From Camelus dromedarius (lineage: Eukaryota): a stretch of DNA of 64,000 nt. A program made the translations under genes and the position numbers. Positions 24,603-38,115 of this stretch are shown one piece after another; the stretch's first letter is position 1; every line of letters starts with the position of its first letter. A model generated the notes under the pieces. That model searched no databases and was not told where the DNA came from. It was given only the letters and a program-made list of their open reading frames with translations. Location of the stretch: contig NC_087437.1 of assembly GCF_036321535.1 (NCBI RefSeq), forward strand, positions 113,648,001 to 113,712,000. Reading direction: 5' to 3'.

Positions 24603-26393
24603 GTCCTATGCAAGAAACAATCTCAGGCTATTGTGTGGTTCAGAAATGGTGGAAATACTCCACTTTCTCCCGACTTCCTCCCATGCCCGACCACCGCACA
24701 TGCGGCCCAAGGACCCGGGCAACTCCTGCTGAAAATCCTTCTCCTCTCCCAGCTCTGAGGCACTGACGCAGCCACTACTGATACATAAGTTGTCACTTGG
24801 AATAAAATCAACGTTTGGACTAGACTAGACCAGGCTTCTCACTGATAAAGAATATGTTCACGTGTTGAATTGAGGTCAATCCCTCAATGGGTTGAAATGG
24901 AAAAGAAAATCTCAGAACAACTGGATATGGGTCAAAGGAAGCACAGGAAGATAGTTGATAAACCATCATTAGCCAGAAATGCCAGATAGGTTTTAGTGCC
25001 CATGACAGTCACTGCCCGAGGAAAGACATTTCTACCAAGTGTCGAATGGAATCGATCATGGAAAAGCTTCATCGCTTCCATGGTGAATGGAAGCAGAGGG
25101 GTACTTATTACCACAAGACAAAGAGAAGGCTTGCTAACACCCTTGTGATTTTGTTTCAAAGTACAGGCAAATTTTGGGCACTCTCTCTACTCCAACTAGC
25201 TCCTTTCCTTGGCTTTCATGTGGGTAGGGTTGTTGTAATCTCTCTGTTCAAATAAAGTCTGCAGAAAGCCACAAAGGGCAATCTGGACCCTACAGCTTAA
25301 CGGATTCTGGAAAGCAGCTGGCTTGTAACATGAGTCATTCCAGCCAAGGCTTTCTCTTTTGTATGTTTTTCTCTGACCTAAAGAGTGGGTTATTGGATGT
25401 CTTCTGGCAGGTGCTGTGTGACTAAGGAGGTAGCTGGTCAGAAACAAACTCTGAATTAGCTTTTTTTTTTTTTTAAGAATTTACTAAAGTAAATATGATC
25501 GTTAGCTTAATCCCCCGTATCTAACGTGAGGTTCAAATTTAATAGTGAGATTTAAAAATATTGGTTGGCATGTGCACCTATTCTTTGGGTATAAGTCTCT
25601 GTGCTTTTCTCCAAGAGTTATATTTTTGTCTTAATGATGAAATTTCCAGGACATTCCTATTTATCAGGATACAAACATTCCCCAAAGCTCAAATATCCAC
25701 ATTATTTTTCTTTTTCTGCTGTTATGAGAGAAAACCTAGTGGAATATTAATAAACTTATAGAAGGGGGATTTTTAAAGTCATTTTTAGGGGATATTACAA
25801 GCTCTGCAGGGATTCTGAACAATTACATCACCTACACCTATAATTCTGCACCGTGATAAATTAGTAGATTTTCATGTAATGACTGTCAGGTTTCTGAATC
25901 ATTGAAGAAGGATGAACTTAGATGGCATCTGCTTTCAGTGGCGCCAACTCTGTCAATGTACCTAGTACTCAAATGAGTAAGAACTGGCAGTCCACGTAGT
26001 TTACATCCATATACAGGCTAGGATCTACTTGTATATGTCATCGCCACCATCACATCACTCAAGGTGCCCAAGGGAAGGTGCTTAGGAGGAGAATTTGGGA
26101 AGGAAAAAACACACAGTTGGTAAGGAGAGACAAAAGGGGCAAGATATAGTAGCCTTCTGCATCCATCTGTATAAGACATCAGATCAGATCTAAAGATCTA
26201 AATTCAAACTTCAGCCCCTCCTCACAGAAACTTAGCATCACCTTGGACAAAAATTTAACCTTGAGAAGAGCCATTTATACATCCATACACTGAGATGAGT
26301 CATAATGTCAACCCTTTCTCATGGGACAATAAGGCATAAAGGGGGGATCTTTCTAGTGAAAACTCTATGTCTGCTTTTTGGTAGAATATAAAT

Positions 26394-26615
26394 CAGAGGT
26401 CAAGATGCCTTTTTTTTTGGTACAGTGCCAGACAGTAAATATTTTAGGCTTTGTGGGTAACGTCTATATCAAAACGATTAAATTCTGGTGTTGTAGAAAG
26501 GAAGCGGCCCCAGACAATGTGTCAGTAAGTAAGTGCGATCGGGCTGATAAAAATCTATCTACGAAATCAAGTGGTGGCCAGATTTGGTCCACGAGCTATC
26601 GTTTGCTGATCCCTG
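26394..26615. mobile_element. hAT-Charlie MITE, MER58A-like
   Basis: CAGAGGTCAAG...GCCAGACAGTAAATATTTTAGGCTTTGTGGG...GGCCAGATTTGGTCC...GTTTGCTGATCCCTG. Confidence 0.82.
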
Positions 26616-27164
26616 ATATAAATAATAGTTCTTGCCATAACTGCACCATGCAAATGTCCACAGTTCAGCACGTTTGCAAGTAGATTATCCCAGTTGTAAT
26701 ATACACATCTACATCCTTCATCTTCATTAAAGCTGTCCTGCCCGTTTCCCATCCACCTGTCTTTGTAAGTCGATGAAATTGAATAGAGGTCTACAGGGGC
26801 AGTGGAATTTTCACCTTGGTGTTGTAGAGCAGCGAGCCGGACTGAGGCAATGCACTAGAGAGCTGGCTCTTAGACATTATTAAGTCTTATATGACTAGCT
26901 CATAGGTACCTTTAAATATACTTATCAATCTAGGTGAACATCAACTGTTTTGTTCATTATATACGTATTCATAGATCCACGAACAGGAAGAAATGGCTAC
27001 CCAAATAAAAGAGTGACTCTGAGAAGCTGAGATGAGAGGTAAAGTCTATGAGAGGTGAGTTTATTAAAGGCCCTTGCCCCCAGATTGAAGATGGGTTATA
27101 ATCCAGAAAAGAATAAAACAAAGTGAGGTTAGAGCCCAGGGATGGTAAGGGTTGGGGGAAAACA

Positions 27165-27710
27165 GCCGCCTTCACGCACTGCGGGCTGGAATGTGAATTG
27201 GTGGAGCCTTTCCATGGGGCTGTGTGTCAGGATTCAGACTCTTCAAAGTGCTTGTAGTCTCTGAACCAACATTTCCACTTTTAGAAATTTATCCTAAGGA
27301 ATAATCAGAAATGCAGCCAAAGATCATGTTCAGAGATACTCAATGCGGCATGAATCACCATAGTGAAACTTCGGGGACAGTCTAAATTACCAAAGATTTA
27401 AGACTGGTTAAATAAATTACTGTGTCATGAAAATCCATGCAACAATTAAAATAATATTTTAGAGTAATTTTTAATGGCATGGAAATGCTCACCATACTTT
27501 TTAAGCGATGAAGTCATTTATAAAATAATACTTCAAATGTGATGTCAACTAAAAATAGGTTTTAAAAGACACCAACACATTAACAAGGGGCAGGGATAAT
27601 TACTAGGACTATAGACAATGCAAACTCTTTTATACTTCTCTGATTTTTCAAAATTCCTCCAATTAACTTTTGAAATAAGGGGAAAAAAAGTAAACATTAT
27701 TTAAAAATCA
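27165..27710 (+). mobile_element. Ancient L1ME-like 3' region
   Basis: GGAATGTGAATTGGT...TTCCACTTTTAGAAATTTATCCTAAGGAATAATC...GACTGGTTAAATAAATTA. Confidence 0.72.
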
Positions 27711-28139
27711 GTATCATGATTTACCAGAGTCTGCTGGATTTTTACTGACTGGATTCTTTTTTAAGGAAAATGGACAACCTCCAAAAGTACCTAAAAGCAG
27801 TTCTCACACTGCATCTGACCCTTCCATCTCCTGCAGCCCCTGATTTACCTGGCGGGAAGGCCTGCTCAGGTGACGCATGTGAGCCATACCAACTTGATTA
27901 GGAGTCAGACAACTTTCCTTCCAGTCCAGGATCAAATCTTAGCCTTGAGCCCATGTCATAACTCATAGCCTCCGTTTCTACATCTATAAAAAGGAGCTAA
28001 TCATCTCCGCTAACTTGACCTCCAAAGAGTTAAGGTCAAGCATGACATGTACGTAAACATGAAGAAAAGACATAGAATTAAAAAACAAAAATCATTGTTC
28101 TCAAAAGAAAAATAAACAATCATTGTCCCCTACATCAAT

Positions 28140-28275
28140 TGTTATATAATATTATATATTATATATCTATATAAATTTGTATAAATTATATATACATATG
28201 TAATATGTATATACATAATATACATCTAGTATAATGTATATCATATATATTATATGTATGTGTATATATATAAAA
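28140..28275. repeat. AT-rich low-complexity (TA)n-like tract
   Basis: Directly visible. Confidence 0.9.
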
Positions 28276-30318
28276 AGTGTTATTTAACTATTTAGGCAGG
28301 AAACTGAACTTAAAGATTTTAGAGTCATGGTGAAGAACACAGTAGAAAGAAAAGAAGTTTTCTGGCCAAGTTTGAGTCAACCATAGCATCCAATTTGCCA
28401 GACTCTTCTATTCCTGAACTTTCTGTTTAATGGAGGTTTTACTCTGCCGAGGAAATTGGGAAACCAGAAATCCTGTCTCAGAACCCAAGTTCTCCTGTCC
28501 TCACAGCCCTCTGCAAAGGTAAAAATGTTGATCTCAATCTCCTGGCTAGGTAATTACAACCTGCCTAACATGGCAGGACAGAGAATTTTCCAGGACCAGC
28601 AGGAGGACAGGAGGAGAGACTGTGAAAGCTGACAGAGCCACCCCTGTTGCCAAGCTGTGGGAGGGGCGGGCAGATGGTGGTCAGTCCAGCTCACCAGTCT
28701 TTGGAACAGGTCTGGGGGAGCTGGGTCTCAGGTCCAACCCTCCCTTTTTGCACCTCGCTGTTCCTGACCCACTTCTAGCCCTGCACCCGAGTACTGAGGA
28801 CTAGTCAGGCTGGTTTCCTCACCATCCTGGCATTGAAAACCAAGAACTGCAGCATGGAAGGCTGGAGAGCCAGTGGAGGGAACCTCTTGCTGAGTACTTT
28901 GGAGGGTCCCTGCTTTTGCTAAGAGCAACTCATTTTAGCAAATCAGAGCCTTGCCACGGGCACGGCCAGGGCATCCCTGGGCTCTGCCTTCAGACCACGG
29001 ATAGGCCCCGGCCCTTCCTGCAGAGGTGAGGGGCCGGACGCTCTCCTGTGAGCTGCAGAGTCCTCAGCAGCTTCTGGGGATCCATCACACCCCTGAGACT
29101 CGGCACTGTTGTGGATACTGTGTGCGTGTGTGCGTGTGAGTGTGTGTGTGTGTGTCCTCGGCTGCAGGAGCTCAGGGCGCCTCTGGTCAGAGCTGGGCCT
29201 GCCCACCCACAATTCCCTGAGGACCCCTCTCAGGGTCTGGGTGGCAGAGCCCACACCGCACAACCCCTGCGGCCACCCTGTGGGAACTGAGGAAGTGAGG
29301 ACACTGAGAGCCTCCACCCTGCCCCGGCTTTGGGGAAGAAGGAGAGAGAACAGCTAATGGCGGAGAGTGGGTGAGGGCGGGGGCTCTGCCCGCCAGCCCT
29401 GCCTCCTCCCAGCGGGGACGCCCCGCATCCTGAATCCCTCCGTCTGCTCCCCTGTGAAAGGGGACCCTCGGTCTACCTGGCTCAAAGGGCCGCCGTGGGC
29501 AGTGAAGGAGTTGTGACACACACAGCGCCGAGGAGGCACGTGTCAGGGCGCGCTATTCCTACTGCTGCTATTGTCAGAAGAAAGTCGAGGGAGGCTATTA
29601 GGGTGTGGTTTTTGTTTTTTGTTTAGCACGAGAGGCTCTTGGGCGCATTTATGAGCTGAGAGGAGAGGGGGGCCCTGACTGCTGGGCAGTTTCTGCAGTG
29701 GGCGGGAGGGGCTCCCGGGAGGAGGTGCGGTGAGCCAGGCGGGCCTGGAGGATGCAAGCCTGCGGGGCAGGACGCAGGTCTAGCTGCCCGAGGAGGGGGG
29801 CGGGTGGGCCGAGGGGCCAGGGAGCAGCTGGAAGAGACGTGAGGGGGAACGAAGGGACTGCCTCGAGGTCAAGCCACGTGAGCTTGGACCCCATGATGGT
29901 CTGACTCGGCTTCTGGGCTAAAAGTTGAGAAGGTGGTGGTCCTGTCAGCTCCTGGATGGAGGGAGGCCACGGGAGGGGCAAGAGCATTGCTAAGTGACCA
30001 CAATGAGATCTGGGCGGAAGGGATAGATGCATAGACTGGAGCCAAAGTGTTGGCAGGGGGTTGGAAGTTTCTAGAAGCTGACCAGTGCACCCCCAACCCC
30101 CACCCCAAGGAAGGGCTTTGTGAGTAACCAGGAAGGAGGGCTCTGGGAGGCACAGGCATGGGAGGACCACTAAGGACAGGAGCCTAACCTCACGCAGAAT
30201 GAGGGGATGGGTCTGAGTTCTACAGGTGACAATGACAAGCAGACCCAGCTTCCCAAGTCCCAGTCTGTGCCCTGGGGCTGCTTATGAAAATGCAGGAAAC
30301 ACAAAAAACAACCATCCA

Positions 30319-30541
30319 TTAACAGACACACATTATATATAAAAATGATAAACAACAAGGGCCTGCTGTATAGCACAGGGGACTATACTCAATTTCTCAT
30401 AATAACATATAATGGAAAAGAATCTGAAAAGAATATATATATGTGTGTGTGTGTGTATATATATGTATATAACCGAATTGCTTTGTTGTACACCTGAAAC
30501 TAACTTTGTAAATCAACTACCACTTCAATAAAAAAAAAAAT
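30319..30541 (+). mobile_element. Short L1 3'-end insertion (cetartiodactyl type)
   Basis: ATTAACAGACACACA...GATAAACAACAAGG...TGTATAGCACAGGG...TGTACACCTGAAACTAA...TTCAATAAAAAAA. Confidence 0.92.
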
Positions 30542-32409
30542 GAAAAAAACCCAATTATCCAAATCTTCCAACATCTGTCTCCTCCCTGACTTTTGTGAGA
30601 GGTAGAACGTAGATCTCAAAAATCAAGCCTCATTGAAGTACCCTCCATCTGACCTTGACCCCCGCCGAGTGACCTTCTGTTCTGTCGTCTGCTTCATTCT
30701 GGGCAATGGTCCATGTGAGATTAGGGTCTCATTCCTTCATGTCCCTCAAGTTTCCTGCGTACATGGATTCCCAAACCCACTGACTGATGGGCTCAGACCT
30801 GCTCGGACACACGGGTGTCTAAGTGGGTTTTTCCTTCAGGGAAGTCCTCTGCGGGAAGGTATGGACGGAAGCTCCGTGTGTGACCAGCCTTGTCACTCCC
30901 ACTCAAATTGTTTGAGAGCCTTCTCTCCTGACCTCTCTTCGAGGTGGCTTGGTGTTACACAGGACATCAATGGTAGAACAGTATTTCTCAATCTTTTAAA
31001 AATACATTTTATTATCTGTGAACAGATCCCCATGAATTATGATAACTTTTAGAAGCCAAGCAACTTCTGAAGAAAGATTTTCTCCCTTGCCTCTCTGAAG
31101 ATGTTCACCAGAGATTTATTTCCAAATGAGATCACAAAACAGATCTCCTTACATATTATTTATTCAGCTAATCCCCATGTGTGTGTGTCCTGGCGTAGTA
31201 ATAAAAGGAGGGTTTGTGGTTAAATCAGTTTGAGGAACAGATTTAAACACAAATAGAAAGTTTTCATTCTTGCAGAACTTCTGAGAGCCCTCTGGCTCTT
31301 CCAGAGGGGACTTTGTGGGCAGCAGAAACACATCTGCTTTAAGCATCTCTAGGACCCATGTTCTGGGGACCCCTCTTTGGAAAAAATTGCTTTGGTGAAG
31401 CCCCCTCACCTCCTGGGATGAGGAGGGAAGGTGACTTGGCCAGACCCACAAAGACAGTGAGTCACACAACCAAGATGAAGGCCAAACCACTGTGCTTCCT
31501 TTGGCCATAAAGATTTCATCCCTGGGGGAAACATGCACGTTTTTGAAGGAATTGCTTTGAATGAGAAAAATGTCCCCCTGTGTCTATGCAGGCTGGTCTC
31601 AACCTGCCCATTTATTGGGGCTACAAGCACGGAGAAGACAGTGGGATGTTCTGGGGTGTGGCTTCCTTTGGACGGTCTGGGAAGTCTGCCCCAGGGTCGG
31701 GGTGAGGACACCCTGGAGGCCCCAGGGAGGGGAGCACAGTCAGTGAGAAGAGTACAGAAGAGGAGAGAGGAGGGACCCGCTACATCTATTGTACAAGTGG
31801 CCTGAGCTCTAGATGGGAATGGTCACTGCTCCGTCCTCCTCCAGCCCATGGTGCCTGTATCTCAGGACTCAGATCTTCAGTTACTTCTGCGGTTGGTGTA
31901 TGATGGGGGCCATCCTGTAAACTCCATTCCCACATGTAACCTTATTTTAATAGAAGACTTGACTCAGGTTCCAAATGACTGACTCATCCATTTTCTTTAG
32001 GAGAAACTGTTAACACAAAGCGATGGGCCCCCTCCCACACATGGTCCAGATTGGCCACTTCACCCAGTAGTCATACCCCACACAGCAGTGCAGCCAGGGC
32101 CTTGGAAGACGATGCCACGTTGGATTGCAGATGGAGAGGGACAGAAATATACCCCAGGCAGGTCCTCAGCAAAAATCACCAAATAGAAATTGTTTCTGTT
32201 ATGCCTAGCATCCCAGTTGGGTCTCCTTCCCACTGAATAACTCTTTTCAGGCTTCCAAAGCTGTGATTAGGTGAGCAGTTCTGAAGCCTGAGCCACCATG
32301 CATCCAGGCTGTACTGTTGTCATCTAATAAAACTCACAACAAAGTGAACCAAAGATGCGTGATTTCTGTTAATTGCTACTGGGCTGCACGGTGTGAGGTA
32401 AAACAGCTC

Positions 32410-32640
32410 GCGTGTTGGAGTCATAAAGACCCAAGCTTCACTCTCTGTGAATGCTGCGTCATTAAATAGCTCTTGACCTTGGGTGATCTGTTTACCTCTC
32501 TGAGCCTTGGTTTCTTCATCTCTAAAATGGGGACAACACCTACCCCACAGGGTTCTTGTGAGGTGAATGGGAGATGATGCAAATGAAACAATCCTCTCAT
32601 CCAGGGCTTGGAAAACAGTAGGTGCTCAGCAGATGCTCCT
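32410..32640 (+). mobile_element. MIR SINE
   Basis: TGACCTTGGGTG...ACCTCTCTGAGCCTTGGTTTCTTCATCTCTAAAATGGGG...GTTCTTGTGAGG...AGTAGGTGCTCA. Confidence 0.85.
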
Positions 32641-33927
32641 TTGCTTCCTCCTGCCTGTATGACCATTAGGCACACCTGGTAGGCAGCTGACTTTGGTCCA
32701 GGTAAACCCTGTGATGAGTTTTCTCACACTTGCTTTGAGCACCGATGTTTGATGTCGTACCTGGCACACTGGAACCCCCCTACCAACTGCCGCCATCTGT
32801 GTATCTCACTGTAGGTGAGACGGGCAAGTTCTCTCCACCAAGGGGACACAGACAGTCTCATCCTATTCAACCATGCACTCATACCTGCCTTTCATACGCT
32901 GTTCCCCTTTCCTGGATTATTTTTCCCTGCTCTCCTCTTAATGTTTAAATCCTGAGGCCTCTGTAATGGCTCCAGCCACGTTGCGACCTGCCAGCTCTTT
33001 AAACTGCCACACCGTGATGGTGGGTACCGCTCAGTCCCGTGCAGGTTTTAGGATGCCACCCAGCTAGTCCACATGCCTGTGTCTTGTCCCCAGCCGTATG
33101 GTAGCTGCTGGGGACACAAACTACATAGGTCTCTTTTGTGTCTACAGGAGGCCCAGTATAATATGGTCAATGTGCAGAGCGAGTTAGCAAAGAAAGGATA
33201 TAAAATGCTAAGGCTTAGGAAATAAAAATGATTTTGCGTGTCTTTTTAAAAGTCCGAAAGGTCTTTGGAAAAATATCGAGCTTGCTGACACTTGGGTAAA
33301 ACGTTTTAGAGTCGCAGGAAGTAAACGAGGTGAAGTTCCTTGAGGCCCCTGCCCCTGAAAGATGAGTTAGCTGCCTTTCTCAGCAACCATCCAGGGAACA
33401 GGACTGACAGACAACCTGCCGGCGAGCCTCTTGTTAATCATAAACCCAAACCTACAGCAGCCAAGACCATCCCGGGAACAAAGGGACAGTTAATTCTGCT
33501 CTTTGCGCGTTGACTCCTTGCGAGACTCGTCTACTGCTTTGCTGGCGCACAGTGCCAACTTTCTCCTGCACCCAGAATATTCTAGCAGAGGGCTGCTTAT
33601 CAGCAAGACCTCATTTTCATGGCAAAGCAGGGCACTGTCAGCAGATAATGGGCCATTTGCACAGTCCCGGGCGTACCAGGATCCTAGGGTTTCCCAATTT
33701 CAGATTTTTCAAACATGGAAAACATCAGAAGTAATGCCCTCCCCACAAATGATTCCATACTGTATAGATGGCAAAGAAAGAACTGAAAATGGATTATTCC
33801 CTAAATCCTTAAAACTTGGAAGTGGTTTTGAACTAGAAAGAACACGGTTTTGTCTCTGTAGAAAGTTTTTGTCATTTCCTCCTGGACCTTACTCTCCAGA
33901 GAGCCTGGAAACACACAGATCTCCTGC

Positions 33928-33952
33928 GTGTGTGTGTGTGTGTGTGTGTGTG
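33928..33952. repeat. (TG)n microsatellite
   Basis: Directly visible. Confidence 0.93.
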
Positions 33953-34919
33953 ATCACAGAAGCATCCAGTTACTAGCAGACGTACATCCCGGGCTGCAAT
34001 GGCACCTGGGGGAAAACTCAATGATTTAATGGTTGGGTTTCGTTGGTCCTCATTTAGAAAGTGGCCACCAAAGAAAGATTCAGTGTATCCTAATTTCTGA
34101 TGAATGTTCCTAAGATGCTTTGTCAAGTTCTTTGCAGAGGTGAGAACAAGGAGGAGAAAGTTAAAGGCAATGAGATCTGAAAGGGTTTGGTTATGCAAAA
34201 GAATTTCCATGTTCCCCAGAGAAATGCAGGCCCCTGGTCCCGGTGGCTTTCTTAGTCTCATTGTTGTCTTGAGGACCAGGAAGAGGAAGCTGCAGATGTC
34301 ACCTGCCACGGCACAGACTTCTTCCTCTTACCCCATGCTGTGTCTCTGTTTTAGAATTAAGCCAAGAAGGATTCTCCATGGGCTTGGCCCAGGTGTAGGT
34401 AGAAATCTTAATTCTAAAAAATAAGTGACTAAATTCATGGAGGTTATGGAAGCCTTAACTAATGCCCTTAAATAGTGACAGAAATACAACTTAACTACAG
34501 CTTTTACAAGAAGACTTTGCTTCCGTGGAATCTCACAGAAGGTTCTGATCTGAGTCCCTGTCGGTGGCCTTCGAGAAGGGTGGTGGGAAGGCTCCCCCTC
34601 CTCTTTCCACCACCCACCCCCAGCCTATCTGTGACTCCTGGGGATGCTTCCCCGGATCTGCGTGGAGGTGGGGAAGCGGGTGCACAGAGGATCTTGAGGC
34701 CCCACGTGATCCCCAGCTTACCTGCATGCTGGCTGGCAGCCGCGCCTGGGAGCTGACTGTGGCGGGGTCTGCAACACATGTGGCTTTTCTCCAGAGAGAA
34801 CACCACACCTGGCTGAGCCCCCTGGGCACCTCGGCCTTCAGTGTTGTGCCACGCTTAGGCAAAGTGGAACTGAACCCGGAAGACAGCTGACTGAGTTGGA
34901 ACTTGAGACCCTGAGTACC

Positions 34920-35065
34920 CATCTCCTCCTCAGTTTCCCCATCTGTAAAATGGGGTTAGTAACAGTATCTACAGCGGAAGGATTGCTTGGGGGATTACAT
35001 GAGTGATCACTCGCAAAGTGCTTAGAACAATGTCTGGCATGTAGCAAGTGCTAGATGAGTGTCTG
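34920..35065 (+). mobile_element. MIR SINE 3' half
   Basis: CCTCAGTTTCCCCATCTGTAAAATGGGG...AAAGTGCTTAGAACAATGTCTGGCATGTAGCAAGTGCT. Confidence 0.85.
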
Positions 35066-35981
35066 TGAACTAAGCAACAAATGAGATGGTCCTCACTTTC
35101 TGGGCAGTGATTTTTTTTCCTCTATTGGGGAAATTTTATTTGTTTGTTATTTGTGAGATAAGCAACTATCACAGAAACTTGAAATATAGCCACTTAAATA
35201 GGGCACTAAGACTATTATGTGTACTTGTGGGTGTGGACATGACAGAAACATGCCTACCCAAACACTACTGCCCTCCTGCTTCAAGCTGAAGCAACTGGAA
35301 AATTGACCCTAGAACCAAACAGAGATGTAAGGTATCAGCATTTTGCTTATAGAGATGGGCTGGAGCAGGTAGCTTAGTTCTGAGGTCAGGAGTCCAGCTG
35401 GAGTTTCTTCCAGTCCCCTCCTCCCCAGGCATGGACCATGGGAAAGCATCCCTAGGGACCCACAAAGCCTGCTACAAGGCCCTGCATTCCTCATCCCTGC
35501 TGAGCTCTAAGATGGGTCATAGTTGGGGAAGGAGCAGGAACTCTGGACAGCAGGCTGCCTGGAGCATCGTCCAAGGAAACAGGAGCAGAACATGTATGGA
35601 TTCCTGGCAGCCTGTTTTCAAGAGCGCCTTGCCCAGTGGCTCCCATCAGATGTGCCTCTTCTCCCCCAGGGGGAGGGGGACCAAGGCAAAAGGATGCTCA
35701 GAGCCATTATCTCCATGTTTCCGAGTGCCATTTATGAACCTGGCAAGGGCTCCAGGAACAGGTGAAAATGGTCCCCTAACAGGCATATCAGTGAGAAATA
35801 CATGTTTTTATTCTTTGACACCAGCAAGCTGAGTATCAAAAGCAGTTTGCCGAGGGACCATCACTCTAATCTGGCCCGAGCACCAGTTAGTGGGTAGCTG
35901 AGATGGAGTGTGGGTAATAGTAACTCTCCTGAGGGAGCCGCTTGGTGGTCCTGTGGTTCAGGAACAGCACTAGAGAAAGCA

Positions 35982-36276
35982 GTATGTAAATAAGTTCATT
36001 TGTGTGATTTTTTTAGATTTCTCATATAAGTAATATCATACAGTATTTGTCTTTAAGGGTGGGGGGATAAATTGGGAGTCTGGGATTTGTAGATACAGAT
36101 TACTATATAAAACAAGATCCTACTGTATAGCGCCAGGAACTATATCCAATAACTCGTAATAACCTATAATGAAAAAGAATACGAAAGAAAAACGTGTCTG
36201 TATAACTGAGTCACCATGCCGTATACCAGAGACTAACCCAACACTGTAAAATGACTATACTTCAATTAAAAAAAAA
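35982..36276 (+). mobile_element. 5'-inverted L1 3'-end insertion (inverted 35982-36054, direct 36055-36276)
   Basis: The left part is the reverse complement of L1 3'UTR seen in sense at ~475-550; the right part is the sense 3'UTR ending in poly(A). Confidence 0.88.
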
Positions 36277-37344
36277 TCAAGAGAAAAAAGAGGAGTCTGG
36301 CTTGCCTTTGAACAGGATAAACGGAGTGGAGGAGTCAGTGCTGGGCGTGTGCAATCAAGGGCTGGGGGTAGGGGATAAAGAGGCTGCTTTCTGGCCTTAC
36401 TTTGATGGAGCCCATGGTCCATCCTCTCCAACACCCTGGGATAGCCTGAAATGCATCTGATGTCGAAGGAAAGCAGGCAGCTCTTTCCCAGCCCCGAACC
36501 AGCAGGTGCTGGGGAGGATTTCACAACAGGTCTCCAAAAAGAGAGGCCAAAAAGCCTGCTAGACATTAGTAGATTTCAGCGCTCACTCATCGGTACAGAC
36601 CCCCCATCACCGCAGCCCTCGTGATAGTGTTTCCTCCACTTAGAGACACCGGCACAAATGACCTTGAGAACAGGTCATCGCAAACTCTAGTAAGATAATC
36701 AGGCAGTGATGAGTTTCGAGTACTTAGTATATTGGTTGTAAAATAATTTGTTGAGGTCAGAGTTGATATAAATTCCATTTTGAATGCCAGCTGTGTTTAA
36801 CTGCCAGCGTGCAAAATTCCTGAAAATTAGCAAGCGACTCATGAGATGGTATAGGCGTGATGACTTGCTTGAAACCCATCTGTCTTGGCTGTGGGAAGAA
36901 GAGGCTCGTCTTCACCCACAAAGTTTGCCCTTCCTTGGCCCCCTGTAAATCTCTCCCCTTCCCCGTTTGGTGAGCGAATCGAGCTGAAGCAGCCTGCTGC
37001 CTGGCAAGCAGTGGGGGCTGCCAATGGACGGGTCCCTTTCCCACCGAGGGGCCAAGGGGCCTCCGGCTACACAGGCCCTTCCTGCACTTGGTGCCCCAGC
37101 TGAGCAGCCCTGCTTTCTCTCCTGGGCGTGCCCCACGTGCAAATGCATCTGGATCTAAGTGGGACCGAAGCCAGAGTGTGTTCAAAAGGTTGTGGTGTGG
37201 TGTGCAGGAACCGGGTCAGCATCTCCTGGTCCACAGTGTGAAGGCTGGGGAGTATGTGTGACTGAGGATGCATGGAGAGAACACGGGGACCTCTGAGGGC
37301 GTCAGACGTTCCTGTATGTCAGACTGCTTCTTTTGTACATAGAG

Positions 37345-37735
37345 ATCATATAGAGATAAAATCTAAAATATAAATATATTAACTACATATTGATTAGATG
37401 TTGATGTGTATTATATTATTATATATTATATTAACATACTAATCTTATATTAATATGTTGAGCTATATTAATTATTATGTTCACAGTAATATATGTTAAT
37501 ATATTTATAATATATATTACTCTATTTCTATTGTATTATAATTATATAATTATATTTTATATGGCAATATATTATACAATTATATATTAAATCAAACATT
37601 TTACTATGTATTAAATTATTATATATTATAGCATTTATTTATATTAAATGTATACATTTTACATATTGTATATATTTATATTAAATATAAATATGCTAAT
37701 ATATTAAATATAAATAGCCATAAATATATATATTT
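37345..37735. repeat. ~390-bp extremely AT-rich degenerate (TA)n tract
   Basis: Directly visible. Confidence 0.93.
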
Positions 37736-37739
37736 AGCT

Positions 37740-38115
37740 TGGCACAGCAAAAGCCTACATTTCCCAGCTTCCCTTACAGCTAGGTGACCTCTAGGCATTT
37801 GTCTGGTCAATGGATTGTGAGCAGGAGTGTTGTGGCAAATTTCAAAGCCTGGTCTTAAAGGGAAAGAATAGATTTTCCCCTTCCATATTTTCCCTTCCTG
37901 CTGGCTGGAATGTGGATGTGATGCTGGGGGATGGAGTAGCCATTGTGAACCATAAGGTAAGAACCAGGTGTTCCGGAGAAAGAGACTTGTTTCCTTGTCA
38001 GTGAAGATCTCCTACCAACCTACCCAGACTTCTGCAAGAGAGAGAAGCATACTTTTATCTTAAGCCCCAATAATTCGGAATCTCTATTACAGCAGCCAAA
38101 CCAATACCCTGATTC
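37740..38115 (+). mobile_element. Old MaLR LTR (MLT1J/K-like)
   Basis: CTACATTTCCCAGCTTCCCTTACAGCTAGG...TTCCTGCTGGCTGGAATGTGGATGTGATG...TCTTAAGCC...CTATTACAGCAGCCAAACC. Confidence 0.75.

Noticed and set aside
29649..30170. 173-aa Pro/Leu-rich ORF
   Set aside because: Composition reflects local GC richness; no homology recognised.
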